Part shown: positions 35,333 to 44,543 of the stretch, in pieces
How the letters are laid out: the number at the start of each line of letters is the position of its first letter
How positions within the stretch are numbered: the stretch's first letter is position 1
Assembly: GCA_034678415.1 (NCBI GenBank)
Contig: JAXDBV010000015.1
Coordinates: forward strand, 1 to 54,552
Source of the DNA: Bacteroidales bacterium
GTDB taxonomy: Bacteria > Bacteroidota > Bacteroidia > Bacteroidales > VadinHA17
Length of the DNA: 54,552 nucleotides
Direction of reading: 5' to 3'
Made by a program: the position numbers and the translations under genes
The notes under the pieces: generated by a model
Told to the model about the DNA's origin: nothing
Seen by the model: only the letters and a program-made list of their open reading frames with translations
The model's database searches: none

Positions 35333-35760
35333 AAATATTTACTATCGGATATACACAAAAAAGTGCCAAAGAGTTTTTTGAGATACTTCAGAAAAATCAA
35401 GTAGATATTTTGGTAGATATACGATTGAGTAATACCGGGCAACTTGCTGGTTTCACAAAGAGACAGGATTTAGAATACTTCCTCAGTCTTTTTAAAATTT
35501 CTTATGAATATTGGAAAGACTTTACTCCAACTAAAGAAATACGGGATAATTACCTGAAATCGGGCAATTGGAGCGAATATAAGAAAAGATATAACCAACT
35601 TATCAGTCAAAGAAAAGCTATTGAAAACGTTGATTTTACAAGGCTAAAAGATAAAAAGATAGCCTTGTTATGTTCAGAGCCCAAAGCAGATAGATGTCAT
35701 CGGATACTTGTAGCTGAAAAGATGGCAAAAAGACTAAATGCCGAGATAGTACACATTTAA
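35329..35760 (+). CDS. DUF488 family protein (paralog 2)
   Basis: MKIFTIGYTQKSAKEFFEILQKNQVDILVDIRLS ... IALLCSEPKADRCHRILVAE. Its start overlaps the paralog 1 stop (ATGA). Confidence 0.85.
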   Translation: MKIFTIGYTQKSAKEFFEILQKNQVDILVDIRLSNTGQLAGFTKRQDLEYFLSLFKISYEYWKDFTPTKEIRDNYLKSGNWSEYKKRYNQLISQRKAIENVDFTRLKDKKIALLCSEPKADRCHRILVAEKMAKRLNAEIVHI

Positions 35761-35814
35761 AATGCTACTTTACTCAACACCGAACATAAGCAATAACGGG
35801 CCATTAACGGTGTA

Positions 35815-35982
35815 ATGGTTTACTCTTCGCATCATTGGAAGTGTACGTGGACAAGTGATGGTTTTAACTTCCACCAATTCACATTCAGACCAACCGTTGA
35901 TGCGCAATTGCGCTTAACATTCGCAGGAAAAGGTCCGCAAAATAGTGGTCGTACGCCGAACGTCGGACACAATTCTTACTGA
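35815..35982 (+). CDS. Unlisted 55-codon ORF; may be a gene fragment or spurious
   Basis: Manual translation gives MVYSSHHWKCTWTSDGFNFHQFTFRPTVDAQLRLTFAGKGPQNSGRTPNVGHNSY. I recognise no family. It is below the apparent length cutoff of the ORF track. Confidence 0.15.
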   Translation: MVYSSHHWKCTWTSDGFNFHQFTFRPTVDAQLRLTFAGKGPQNSGRTPNVGHNSY

Positions 35983-36002
35983 ATTATTCCCATTTAACAA
36001 AA

Positions 36003-36010
36003 TACTTTTG
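36003..36010 (+). promoter_or_regulatory. -7 promoter box TACTTTTG
   Basis: Exact TAnnTTTG, but ~185 nt upstream of the dipeptidase ATG, so the assignment is uncertain. Confidence 0.3.
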
Positions 36011-36194
36011 GGTTTGAAAGCTCCCCTTAAAAAACAGCAACGATGATAAATTTAGTTTTATCGTTAATTTTGAGAGAATGAAAACAATGGATACCGGGAC
36101 ATGAGATCATTAATATCATGGATGAAAAGAATAGAAGGGCATGCGTTCCGGATATCACCGGGGAATGAATAACGTAATTCTTAAAAACGGAAAC

Positions 36195-37706
36195 ATGAGA
36201 ATCATTTACAGCCTTTTTCTTCTGGGTGTATTTCTATTCAATTTGGTTCCCATCAGGCTGCAAGCCTGTACAACGGTAATAGCCGGCAGGAATACAACAA
36301 CCGACGGTTCCATCCTGTTCGTAAAATCCGAAGATGATTATGAGCAACTGGATTACTACTGGTTTATTCCCCGCAAACGCTATGGCACCGATGCCGTTAT
36401 TTTCGAAACACGGGGGCTGGCCATACCACAGGTGTCTGAGACATACGCGTATTTCTGGGATCAGTCGCCGAAGCTGGAGTTTTCCAACGTCATCATCAAT
36501 GAATGGGGAGTGGCATTCGGAAGCAATGCCTGTCGATCGAAGGAAGATCCTGCCGATGTACTGGAGAAACGGGGCGATATCGTACAGGGTGGTATTGGAT
36601 TCAATCTCCGTTTTATCCTGGCAGAACGGTGCAAAACAGCAAGGGAAGCAGTGTTACTTGCTGCAGCGCTGATTAACCGGTACGGGTACAACGCCAGCGG
36701 AAGATGCCTGAACATTGTTGATCCCGGTGAAGCCTGGCAGCTGCAGATGGTCTGCGGGAAACATTTTGTCGCGCGACGGGTGCAGGACAATGAGGTGGCA
36801 ATTATTGCCAATACATACAACATCAGGGAAATTGACATCCACGACACAGCCAATTTCATATGCTCACCCGATATTATAGATTATGCAATAAAAAGAGGAT
36901 GGTATGATCCTGCCGAGGACAGCTCCTTTGATTTTGCCCGGGCCTACGCCCCGGATGAGGTCCATAAAGCCAACGGGAATACACACAGAACATGGATGAT
37001 AGCGAGAATGCTGCAAAAAGATTTTCCGTTATCCTTAAAAAATGCCGAAAACGGACAAATGCCCGTGTCGGTGCAACCGGACAGGAAACTTGCGTTGCGG
37101 GATATGATCAATATTTTCAGGAATCATTACGAAAATACGGAGTTGTGCACATACATGAATGAGAATATCTCCCCGCATCATGTTACTAATAATCCGGTCT
37201 GCAGTCATGCCACTCATAAGGTTAATATTATTCAACAACGTAACTGGCTGCCCCGGGAAATAGGCACCGTGAACTGGCGGGCATTGAGTCATCCGTGCCA
37301 GAGTGTTTTTATTCCCTGGTATTCAGGTATCACCCGGATTCCTCATGCATACCAGAAGGCTTACGAAGATGCGGGTGAAACGGATAAAGCCCGCACCGCG
37401 TATCATTTCTCATATCCTTCATGGCAATTAAGCTATATCGATCCGGAATCTGCCTCGTGTGTATTCAGGTTACTGAACAATATCGGAGATTCCCGCTATA
37501 CAAAAAACCACGAACTAATCAGGAAATATTTTGACAGGCTGGAAGCAGAACTGATAAATAAGCAGGCGGAAATTGAAAAAACAGCATCAGACTTATTTAA
37601 TAAAGACAAAAACAAAGCGACAGAATTTTTAACGGATTATACCAACACCTGTGCGATGAAAGGATATCGCCTGGCCAAAGATGTATTAAAAAAGCTTATA
37701 CAATAA
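36195..37706 (+). CDS. C69 family dipeptidase (Ntn-hydrolase type, secreted)
   Basis: Signal MRIIYSLFLLGVFLFNLVPIRLQA, then CTTVIAGRNTTTDGSILF (N-terminal Cys nucleophile context of peptidase C69). Length is ~500 aa. Confidence 0.8.
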   Translation: MRIIYSLFLLGVFLFNLVPIRLQACTTVIAGRNTTTDGSILFVKSEDDYEQLDYYWFIPRKRYGTDAVIFETRGLAIPQVSETYAYFWDQSPKLEFSNVIINEWGVAFGSNACRSKEDPADVLEKRGDIVQGGIGFNLRFILAERCKTAREAVLLAAALINRYGYNASGRCLNIVDPGEAWQLQMVCGKHFVARRVQDNEVAIIANTYNIREIDIHDTANFICSPDIIDYAIKRGWYDPAEDSSFDFARAYAPDEVHKANGNTHRTWMIARMLQKDFPLSLKNAENGQMPVSVQPDRKLALRDMINIFRNHYENTELCTYMNENISPHHVTNNPVCSHATHKVNIIQQRNWLPREIGTVNWRALSHPCQSVFIPWYSGITRIPHAYQKAYEDAGETDKARTAYHFSYPSWQLSYIDPESASCVFRLLNNIGDSRYTKNHELIRKYFDRLEAELINKQAEIEKTASDLFNKDKNKATEFLTDYTNTCAMKGYRLAKDVLKKLIQ

Positions 37707-37716
37707 ATAATGGCTG

Positions 37717-38338
37717 TTGGCTGACACTGTGCCCGATCGTCGGGCGGCCTTCCCTCTGAATGTTGTAACAGCTGATGTATTATTAAAGCAACCTTATAAA
37801 TTACCGTCTGACAATATCGTCCTGGTTCTTATCACACACATTCATGGCGATCATTTCAGCCTTTTTGCAGCCGAAAGATCTCTCCGGATGAATAAAAACT
37901 CAGCAATGATATGCCCCACAAGCGTCTAAAGATCAATTAGCCGGTAGCGGAACAATACGAAGGGTATTCCTTCTGAACGGGCCAGGTCAACCATCCAAGT
38001 ATCGGTCGTCAACCCTGCCGGGGGATCGTGACAAACGTCCACGCCCTGAAATATGGATAACCGTTGTGTGAACATGGTTGTTGTGGCTGCAGCCTCTGTT
38101 CCGGGAATATTCGACCGGACGCGGGGTTAAATTCAAAAGAAGCCATGGAACCGGCCGGCCGTTTTATTACAGAGACCTGATGATGGTCATATTATATCAA
38201 AACAATACATATATATGGAGTATCGGATGTATATTTACAGGTGTTCTTCATAATATAGTAAATGACAGCGGGGGCAAATTGCCCATATCCATATTCCACG
38301 GACAGTCATGTTCTTCCAGGAACAGGCGATTGTCCTGA
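37717..38338 (+). pseudogene. Decayed MBL-fold metallo-hydrolase remnant
   Basis: The 70-aa ORF carries VLITHIHGDHF (HxHxDH) and then stops. The downstream sequence only gives broken reading frames. Confidence 0.35.
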
Positions 38339-38392
38339 AAATCACTTCAGGCCATAGTCAATAATCTGTACGTAATACGAAAGAAAAACAAC

Positions 38393-39721
38393 ATGAATAC
38401 ACCCTTTATCTATTTTCTGAAAAATTTTCAATTGTTCTATAATGTCAGGGATGTCGATTTGGGATACGGAGATGAACAGGGTAAGGCGATAACTGTTCGC
38501 AAAAACTGTGAAGATTCTTTTTGGCTTGAGAAGAAGGATGTTTCAGCCAGCCATGTGGTGTGGAAAGAATGGAACGGCATTAGCATCCCGTTTCTTTTTG
38601 AAAAAAACAATGAGCATGAGATCATTACCTATAAAGGGGACAGGGCGATAATACATTACGATATCATTGCTGCTGCAGCATATTTCCTGAGCGGTTGGAA
38701 CGAATACGTTAATTCTTCCAGGGATGAATTTGGCAGGGTAAAGTACGAAACGAGCGTCATAAAAAATCTGGGCATTACAACAATCCCCGTTGTCAACTAT
38801 TATTACAGTATTCTGGAGGAAGCCATTAGCAGGGTCTGCAAAATGAATATTAAAAAGGATGTATGGGACACTAAAGCCTTTGCCGTTGCATTGACACACG
38901 ATATTGATACCTGTCAGAGCTGTTGGCTGGAAGGTTCGTTCAGTGAATTAAAAAAGAAACGGTTTTTATCCGTGCCGGGGCTGATCTTCCACCGTATTTT
39001 CACGAACGACGACTGGTTCAACTTCAGGGAAATTGTTCAGCTGGAAGAAAAATACGATGCAACATCCTCATTTTATTTCCTGCCTCGGAGAGGAAAAGCA
39101 GGAAGGTGTACCAATGCCGATTATAACGTCAAAAACCGAAAAATTCAACAGATTATTTCCTTTTTAAGAGAACAGGGGGAAGATATAGGAGTTCACGGGA
39201 GCTTTGGCGCTCACGCTGATAAAACAATGCTGAACGAAGATATTCTAAGAATACACTCCCGGCCAATAACCGGCAACCGGTTTCATTTTTTATTGTTTGA
39301 TCCTGAAAAAACGGTCAGCGTGCTGGAGGACTGCCATATTAAATACGATACAACCATCGGTTTTGCGGAAAATATCGGGTTCAGACGAGCTACTTGTTAT
39401 CCTTTCTACCTTTACAACTTTGAAAGAAATGTAACATCTCCTGTTCTTGAAATACCTTTAACCGTGATGGATACCAGTATGGCAAACAAGAGATATATGG
39501 GTTTGACTAGAGAAGAGGCACGGACCAGGGTACACCAAATCATTAATGAAGTCCGAAAATTTAATGGTGTTTTTACACTGCTCTGGCATAACACGTATTT
39601 TTCAGATTACAAATACACCGGATGGAGGGAAGTATATTCCGATATCCTGGAATATTGCAGTATGCATAATGGCTTGCTGACGAACGGGAAAAACGTGTAT
39701 GATAAAATCACCGTGTCATAA
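38393..39721 (+). CDS. Polysaccharide deacetylase (CE4-like) family protein with an N-terminal domain of unknown function
   Basis: FAVALTHDIDT, SSFYFLPRR, GEDIGVHGSFG and NRFHFLLF resemble the metal/catalytic strings of divergent CE4/NodB-type deacetylases. This is a call from memory, not a search. Confidence 0.5.
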   Translation: MNTPFIYFLKNFQLFYNVRDVDLGYGDEQGKAITVRKNCEDSFWLEKKDVSASHVVWKEWNGISIPFLFEKNNEHEIITYKGDRAIIHYDIIAAAAYFLSGWNEYVNSSRDEFGRVKYETSVIKNLGITTIPVVNYYYSILEEAISRVCKMNIKKDVWDTKAFAVALTHDIDTCQSCWLEGSFSELKKKRFLSVPGLIFHRIFTNDDWFNFREIVQLEEKYDATSSFYFLPRRGKAGRCTNADYNVKNRKIQQIISFLREQGEDIGVHGSFGAHADKTMLNEDILRIHSRPITGNRFHFLLFDPEKTVSVLEDCHIKYDTTIGFAENIGFRRATCYPFYLYNFERNVTSPVLEIPLTVMDTSMANKRYMGLTREEARTRVHQIINEVRKFNGVFTLLWHNTYFSDYKYTGWREVYSDILEYCSMHNGLLTNGKNVYDKITVS

Positions 39722-40263
39722 GAATATTTCAAACTTTCCGCCGGGCACATGACACGTCTGTAGATGACCGGGCAAGGGTGATTGTATCATGGCAGAAAGG
39801 AGACGCAGGCATCCAGCCTCTTTATAAAAAGCCTGGCTTCAGAGGGTATACTGAATTGCTTATAATCTGACGTTCAATGACATTGTATTTATCTGTTATT
39901 ACGGCAGAAGGGAGAACATAAACCTGAGAACAGTATACCTGCCGGGATCATTTTGTATTCCGGGAACTTCCTGAACGTATCCGATAAAGTAGTAACTTTG
40001 TTGAAACCCTGGCATTTGTCGCCGGGAATTGCCCCGGTAAGACCGTTAAAACCAAATGTATACCATGGTTGTATATAAATTGGGAATTGTATTTATTTGC
40101 ATTGTTAAAATATGAAATTAACAGTCAATTAGTTAGTATTTTTATGGAAAGCCTCCGTTTTACAGTCAAAACAAACCATTCTTTACACTGATCATTTCTC
40201 ATTATATATGTTCCCGTTCAGCTGTGTTTCACGGTCCTATTATATCGTTTTAAAGAAGTAATT

Positions 40264-41400
40264 ATGCGACAGCACAGGATACTGGTACTGGACAGTGATC
40301 ACAAGAATGTGCTTGCCATCGTGAGGCATATTGGTACATCAAAACAATACGAGATTGAAGCCGTTTCACACCATCGATCATCGGTAGCGTTCTATTCCAG
40401 GTATGTCTACGCAAAACACCTCGTCCATGATCCCAGGCAATACCCTGATGAGTATGTTAATGATCTGCTGGAGATCATAAAAAGCAAAGATTACCTGGTA
40501 ATCATCCCTGCCTCATATATCAGTTTTCAGTTATGCTCCAGGCAAAGGGAAACTATAAACCGGTTTACTCATTTAACCATTGCTCCTTATGAGCAGATCT
40601 GTATCGCCTCCAACAAAATTGACACCTACAGGTTTGCTGAGAAAATCGGTGTTCCGTATCCTCAAATCTTTACGATAAATACGGCAGACGATATCGAGAA
40701 AGCAGATATCCCATTCCCTTGTGTAATAAAGCCTCCGATTGAACTTGGGAAAAAGATGGTTGAATATATCCACTCAAAGGAAGAACTGGTCAGCAGGTAC
40801 AGGCGCATGTGTGCCAGGAACGATTTCAAAGGACAGTTACCGGTCGTTCAGAAATACATTGCCGGGGAAGGCGCCGGCTTTTTTGCATTTTATAAAAACG
40901 GCGAATGTAAAAACTATTTTATGCACAGGCGAATCAGGGAATACCCGTATACCGGCGGAGTGAGTGTGGTGGCAGAAGCCTTTGACAATGAGCAGGTGTT
41001 ACGGGATGGGAAAAAGATCCTTGACGAACTGAAATGGGAAGGTGTTGCAATGGTGGAATTCAAAAAAGACAATGAAACAGGCATCTACAATTTAATGGAG
41101 ATAAATGCCAAATTTTGGGGGTCATTGGACCTGGCGCTGGTTTGCGGGGCAAACTTCCCCCAGATGCTGGTTGATGATGCATTAGGAAAAGAAATCAAAC
41201 CATGGCAGTATAAGCATAAACGTTTTCAATGGTTATTGAACGGGGATTTGTTTTACCTGTTAGAAAGACCCTGGAGCATCTTTCTTTTTCTCAGAGATCT
41301 GTTCATTTCCAGGAATGATATCTGGCTGTGTGACCCGCTCCCCAACTTGTTTCAGCTGTTATATATCCCGGTTTACTACTACAAAAAATGGTTTAAATGA
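40264..41400 (+). CDS. ATP-grasp domain carboxylate-amine ligase-like protein
   Basis: ASNKIDTYRFAEKIGVPYPQ, FPCVIKPP, VVQKYIAGEG and GVAMVEFKKDNETGIYNLMEINAKFWGS follow the ATP-grasp fold order (B-loop, Mg/ATP ligands E..N). Confidence 0.8.
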   Translation: MRQHRILVLDSDHKNVLAIVRHIGTSKQYEIEAVSHHRSSVAFYSRYVYAKHLVHDPRQYPDEYVNDLLEIIKSKDYLVIIPASYISFQLCSRQRETINRFTHLTIAPYEQICIASNKIDTYRFAEKIGVPYPQIFTINTADDIEKADIPFPCVIKPPIELGKKMVEYIHSKEELVSRYRRMCARNDFKGQLPVVQKYIAGEGAGFFAFYKNGECKNYFMHRRIREYPYTGGVSVVAEAFDNEQVLRDGKKILDELKWEGVAMVEFKKDNETGIYNLMEINAKFWGSLDLALVCGANFPQMLVDDALGKEIKPWQYKHKRFQWLLNGDLFYLLERPWSIFLFLRDLFISRNDIWLCDPLPNLFQLLYIPVYYYKKWFK

Positions 41401-42095
41401 AATTTGATTTTCATGTACATACGTGTTACTCGTATGACAGCCTAATGAAGCCTGGGAAGATTTTAAGGATAGCAAAAAAACGCGGGCTTGATGGTATTGT
41501 TATTTGTGATCATAATACCATTAAAGGCGGTCTGGAGGCTCAGCAACTCAACAGGGACAAACGTTTTCATGTAATTGTGGGGGCTGAAATAGCAACCAAT
41601 GCCGGTGATATAACGGGCCTTTTTCTGACAAAAGAAATAGAATCAAGAGACATTGACGGGGTCATAAGGGAGATCAGGGAACAAAACGGGAAAGTTATAT
41701 TGAACCATCCGTTTTATCACCATGACCTGTCAAAAATTGACCTGTCAAACATTGATTTCATTGAAGGATATAATTCCCGGTTGAACAATGAAGACAACCA
41801 AAAGGCTGTCGACCTGGCCAACATCAATAATATTCCCGTTATAGCTGGCAGTGATGCTCATCTTTACGGGGAGATCGGAAACGGTATTACAACTGTAAAG
41901 GATATTGAAACATTAGCGCCACTGGCACACGAGTATAAACACACACCTCTCCGGTTTATTACTCTCAGTCAATATGTTAAGGCAGTGAAAAAAAGGGAAA
42001 CCAACATCTTTATTTCCGCGACCATCATCCAGGCAAAATATTCATTTCGGCAATGTATTAGAGTTATTAAATCTGCTTTTATGCGAAATCAATAG
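41397..42095 (+). CDS. PHP-domain metal-dependent phosphoesterase
   Basis: MKFDFHVHTCYSYDS, IVICDHNT, ILNHPF and IAGSDAHL are the four PHP His/Asp motifs. Its start overlaps the ATP-grasp stop (ATGA). Confidence 0.85.
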   Translation: MKFDFHVHTCYSYDSLMKPGKILRIAKKRGLDGIVICDHNTIKGGLEAQQLNRDKRFHVIVGAEIATNAGDITGLFLTKEIESRDIDGVIREIREQNGKVILNHPFYHHDLSKIDLSNIDFIEGYNSRLNNEDNQKAVDLANINNIPVIAGSDAHLYGEIGNGITTVKDIETLAPLAHEYKHTPLRFITLSQYVKAVKKRETNIFISATIIQAKYSFRQCIRVIKSAFMRNQ

Positions 42096-42145
42096 TGCCC
42101 AGCAGTTCGCGTGCATAAGAGATGTTGAAAACATCAATAAATGGA

Positions 42146-42310
42146 ATGACTAAAAAGGAAAACCATATCATTCAGATGATTCATAACCGTATCAGGGAAT
42201 CCAATCCTGGCGCAGGAGCAATACCCCGGGGATCTCGTGCAAGAGGTCAGGTATAAATGAATTCAGACAGTGTATTTTTATGCTTGTCACCAAGAAGAAA
42301 ATTGCCTTAA
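42146..42310 (+). pseudogene. Decayed MNT-type nucleotidyltransferase (antitoxin-like) remnant
   Basis: MTKKENHIIQMIHNRIRESNPGAGAIPRGSRARGQV*MNSDSVFLCLSPRRKLP*. A GSRARG...SD signature is present, with an in-frame TAA. The sequence is truncated after ~54 codons. Confidence 0.45.
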
Positions 42311-42612
42311 AGACGGAACAAAAGACAGACATTATTCACTGAATATCAAACTGGGAAACGATTGGCCGTTTCAGTTTTTGTAAGATGAAAAATATTATGG
42401 GAACAAAATATCGGGTTACTTAAAAGTTTGATAACAACAACGCGTCGATGATGCCGCATAGTGGATGACGGGCTCGGTATTTTGTAAGAAAAGGATTCAA
42501 AGGCGGCAATGGTTAACCCGGAGAGGCCAGTGCCCTGATCCCTGCTTGTCGATATATCAAAAAACTTGCGTTCTTTACCATTCATATTCTCATTGAAAAA
42601 CAAAATCAACCT

Positions 42613-42909
42613 ATGTTAGAAAAGAAATTTTATTCAAACGGTCAGCCGGTGTATGAATTGGCCGGCAATAAGCTTACCTATTACTACAAGAACGGTAACA
42701 TCAAGGCTCAGGGGCCTTATATCAATAACCTGATGGAAGGGGAATGGTTGTTTTACCGTGAGACCGGTCAACTATGGCAGGTGGCCAATTTCAGGAATAG
42801 CAAGAAGCACGGATCATGGATCCGATATGATAGGAATGGTAACATCGAATACCGGGAGGAATTTGATAACAACAGGATCATTAATAAGAAAAAACCGACA
42901 GAGCGCTGA
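42613..42909 (+). CDS. MORN-repeat-variant (YwqK-like) small protein
   Basis: Repeats of the Y..NG....G.Y.....G.W type: YYKNGNIKAQGPYINNLMEGEWLFYRETGQL ... KKHGSWIRYDRNGNI. Confidence 0.7.
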   Translation: MLEKKFYSNGQPVYELAGNKLTYYYKNGNIKAQGPYINNLMEGEWLFYRETGQLWQVANFRNSKKHGSWIRYDRNGNIEYREEFDNNRIINKKKPTER

Positions 42910-43060
42910 CAACGGCAACTGTGTGTATTGTTCTGTCATAAATTTTACAATATGCTTTTCTTTAATACACAAAATGTTGCACTTGATTTTAAGACCGGAG
43001 CCATCTCTATAAAAAAGTAATCACGTATTATTCCACTCCCGACGTTAAACGAATAGACCT

Positions 43061-43879
43061 ATGACAAAGCCCGGGTACATTAACCTCGGCAGCGTTCAGG
43101 AAACAATGCTGCTACCTCTTTGGGGAAGAGCGGTCGAAACACAAAAACCAACACCGCAGCTGGAGGATAATAAAGCCGTTTCAATTATAAACAGCATCCC
43201 ATACGATTTTACCACCATTTCGGACAATATCAGCAGGATAATCCGTGCTTCATGGATTGCCCGAAGCATCTTTTTCGATAAAAAGATCTCTGAATTTATA
43301 AAAGCATATCCATACGCCACAGTAGTAAACATAGGTTGCGGACTCGACACGACATTTGACCGCCTGGATAACGGAAAAATCAAGTGGATCGATCTCGATC
43401 TGCCGGATGTCATCGAAATCAGAAGACAGTATTTCAGCGAATCCGAAAGAAGACGGTTCATTGCCAAATCAGTATTCGACACCACCTGGTATGGTAATAT
43501 TGCCAAAAAGGACAGAGTAATGCTGCTTATGGCAGGTGTACTTTACTATTTCGATGAATCGGAGGTTAAGAAGCTGTTCAACAACATACATACCTTCCTG
43601 CCGGATTCGGAAGTCCTTTTTGATCATGCATCTCGATTAGGGATCAGAATCTCTAATAAACAAGTAATTAAAAAAGGAGGTATGGATGAATCGGCTTGCC
43701 TAAAATGGGGCATAGACGACATCTATGAAACAGAAAAATGGGCGGGGTATGTTAAGGTAATCAGTAACATGCCCATGTTTAAAACGCATAAAAAGAATTA
43801 TCCTCTCATGAAAAGGCTGGGAATGAATATTTCTGACAGACTTAAGGTAATGTCATTGGCACACCTCCGCATAAGCTGA
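43061..43879 (+). CDS. Class I SAM-dependent O-methyltransferase, leucine carboxyl methyltransferase/TcmP-like
   Basis: ETMLLPLWGRA N-terminal string, SAM motif VVNIGCGLDTTFDRL, WIDLDLPDV and LLMAGVLYYF. Confidence 0.72.
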   Translation: MTKPGYINLGSVQETMLLPLWGRAVETQKPTPQLEDNKAVSIINSIPYDFTTISDNISRIIRASWIARSIFFDKKISEFIKAYPYATVVNIGCGLDTTFDRLDNGKIKWIDLDLPDVIEIRRQYFSESERRRFIAKSVFDTTWYGNIAKKDRVMLLMAGVLYYFDESEVKKLFNNIHTFLPDSEVLFDHASRLGIRISNKQVIKKGGMDESACLKWGIDDIYETEKWAGYVKVISNMPMFKTHKKNYPLMKRLGMNISDRLKVMSLAHLRIS

Positions 43880-44056
43880 TAAAACGGTAAAACGGTGTCA
43901 TTGATCCCTGAAAGCATCTGCAACGCTAAAAAATCACTAAGGTTTTTGTTAACTATATCACCCGGCAGCAAAAGAAACCAAATACCCGCCGGAAAATCAT
44001 AAAATATTCTTAATTTGATAATTTATATGGTATTTTTCAATGAAAATAAACCGCAT

Positions 44057-44260
44057 ATGGAAAATAAAGCAGATCAAAAAAGCCAGAAACACATTGGATT
44101 AGGTATTGCCTTCGGAATAGCACTTGGTGCCGGGCTGGGAGTAGCCATCGGATCACTGACAGATGACATCGCTCTATGGATTGCAATTGGTATTGGCTTT
44201 GGTATGGCAATTGGTGTTGGCATCGGGGCCATGATGGATAATAAGAAAAAACAACCATAG
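44057..44260 (+). CDS. Glycine-zipper small membrane protein
   Basis: GLGIAFGIALGAGLGVAIGS and IAIGIGFGMAIGVGIGAMM are GxxxG zipper helices. The start is at the internal ATG at 44057. Confidence 0.55.
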   Translation: MENKADQKSQKHIGLGIAFGIALGAGLGVAIGSLTDDIALWIAIGIGFGMAIGVGIGAMMDNKKKQP

Positions 44261-44543
44261 TCTGTTGAACAACATTTCACCGGGTATGAAAAAAGCCCCG
44301 TGAACAGATGGCAAGGCACTTTAAAAACAAACAGGTTTTTCATGGTTCTTACAAACCGGGCCTGTTGCTTATTGCGGTTTCATATTTCATTATTTTTGTC
44401 CTCTACATATTATTCCAATAGTGTTACAGGCTATCCACTCTATTTATAATGTTGATCATGAACAAGAAATAAATCTTTAAGATATTATGGGCTATTAAAA
44501 CCTATGCGAACAAAGAGGTTCCTAACAAAATGATTCAACTAAA

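Noticed and set aside
39722-40263. A possible decayed gene or leucine-rich-repeat remnant on the minus strand in the 540-nt gap before the ATP-grasp gene
   Set aside because: The frames are broken by stops every 20-50 codons, and the resemblance (FGFNGLTGAIPGDK...) is too weak to support any call.
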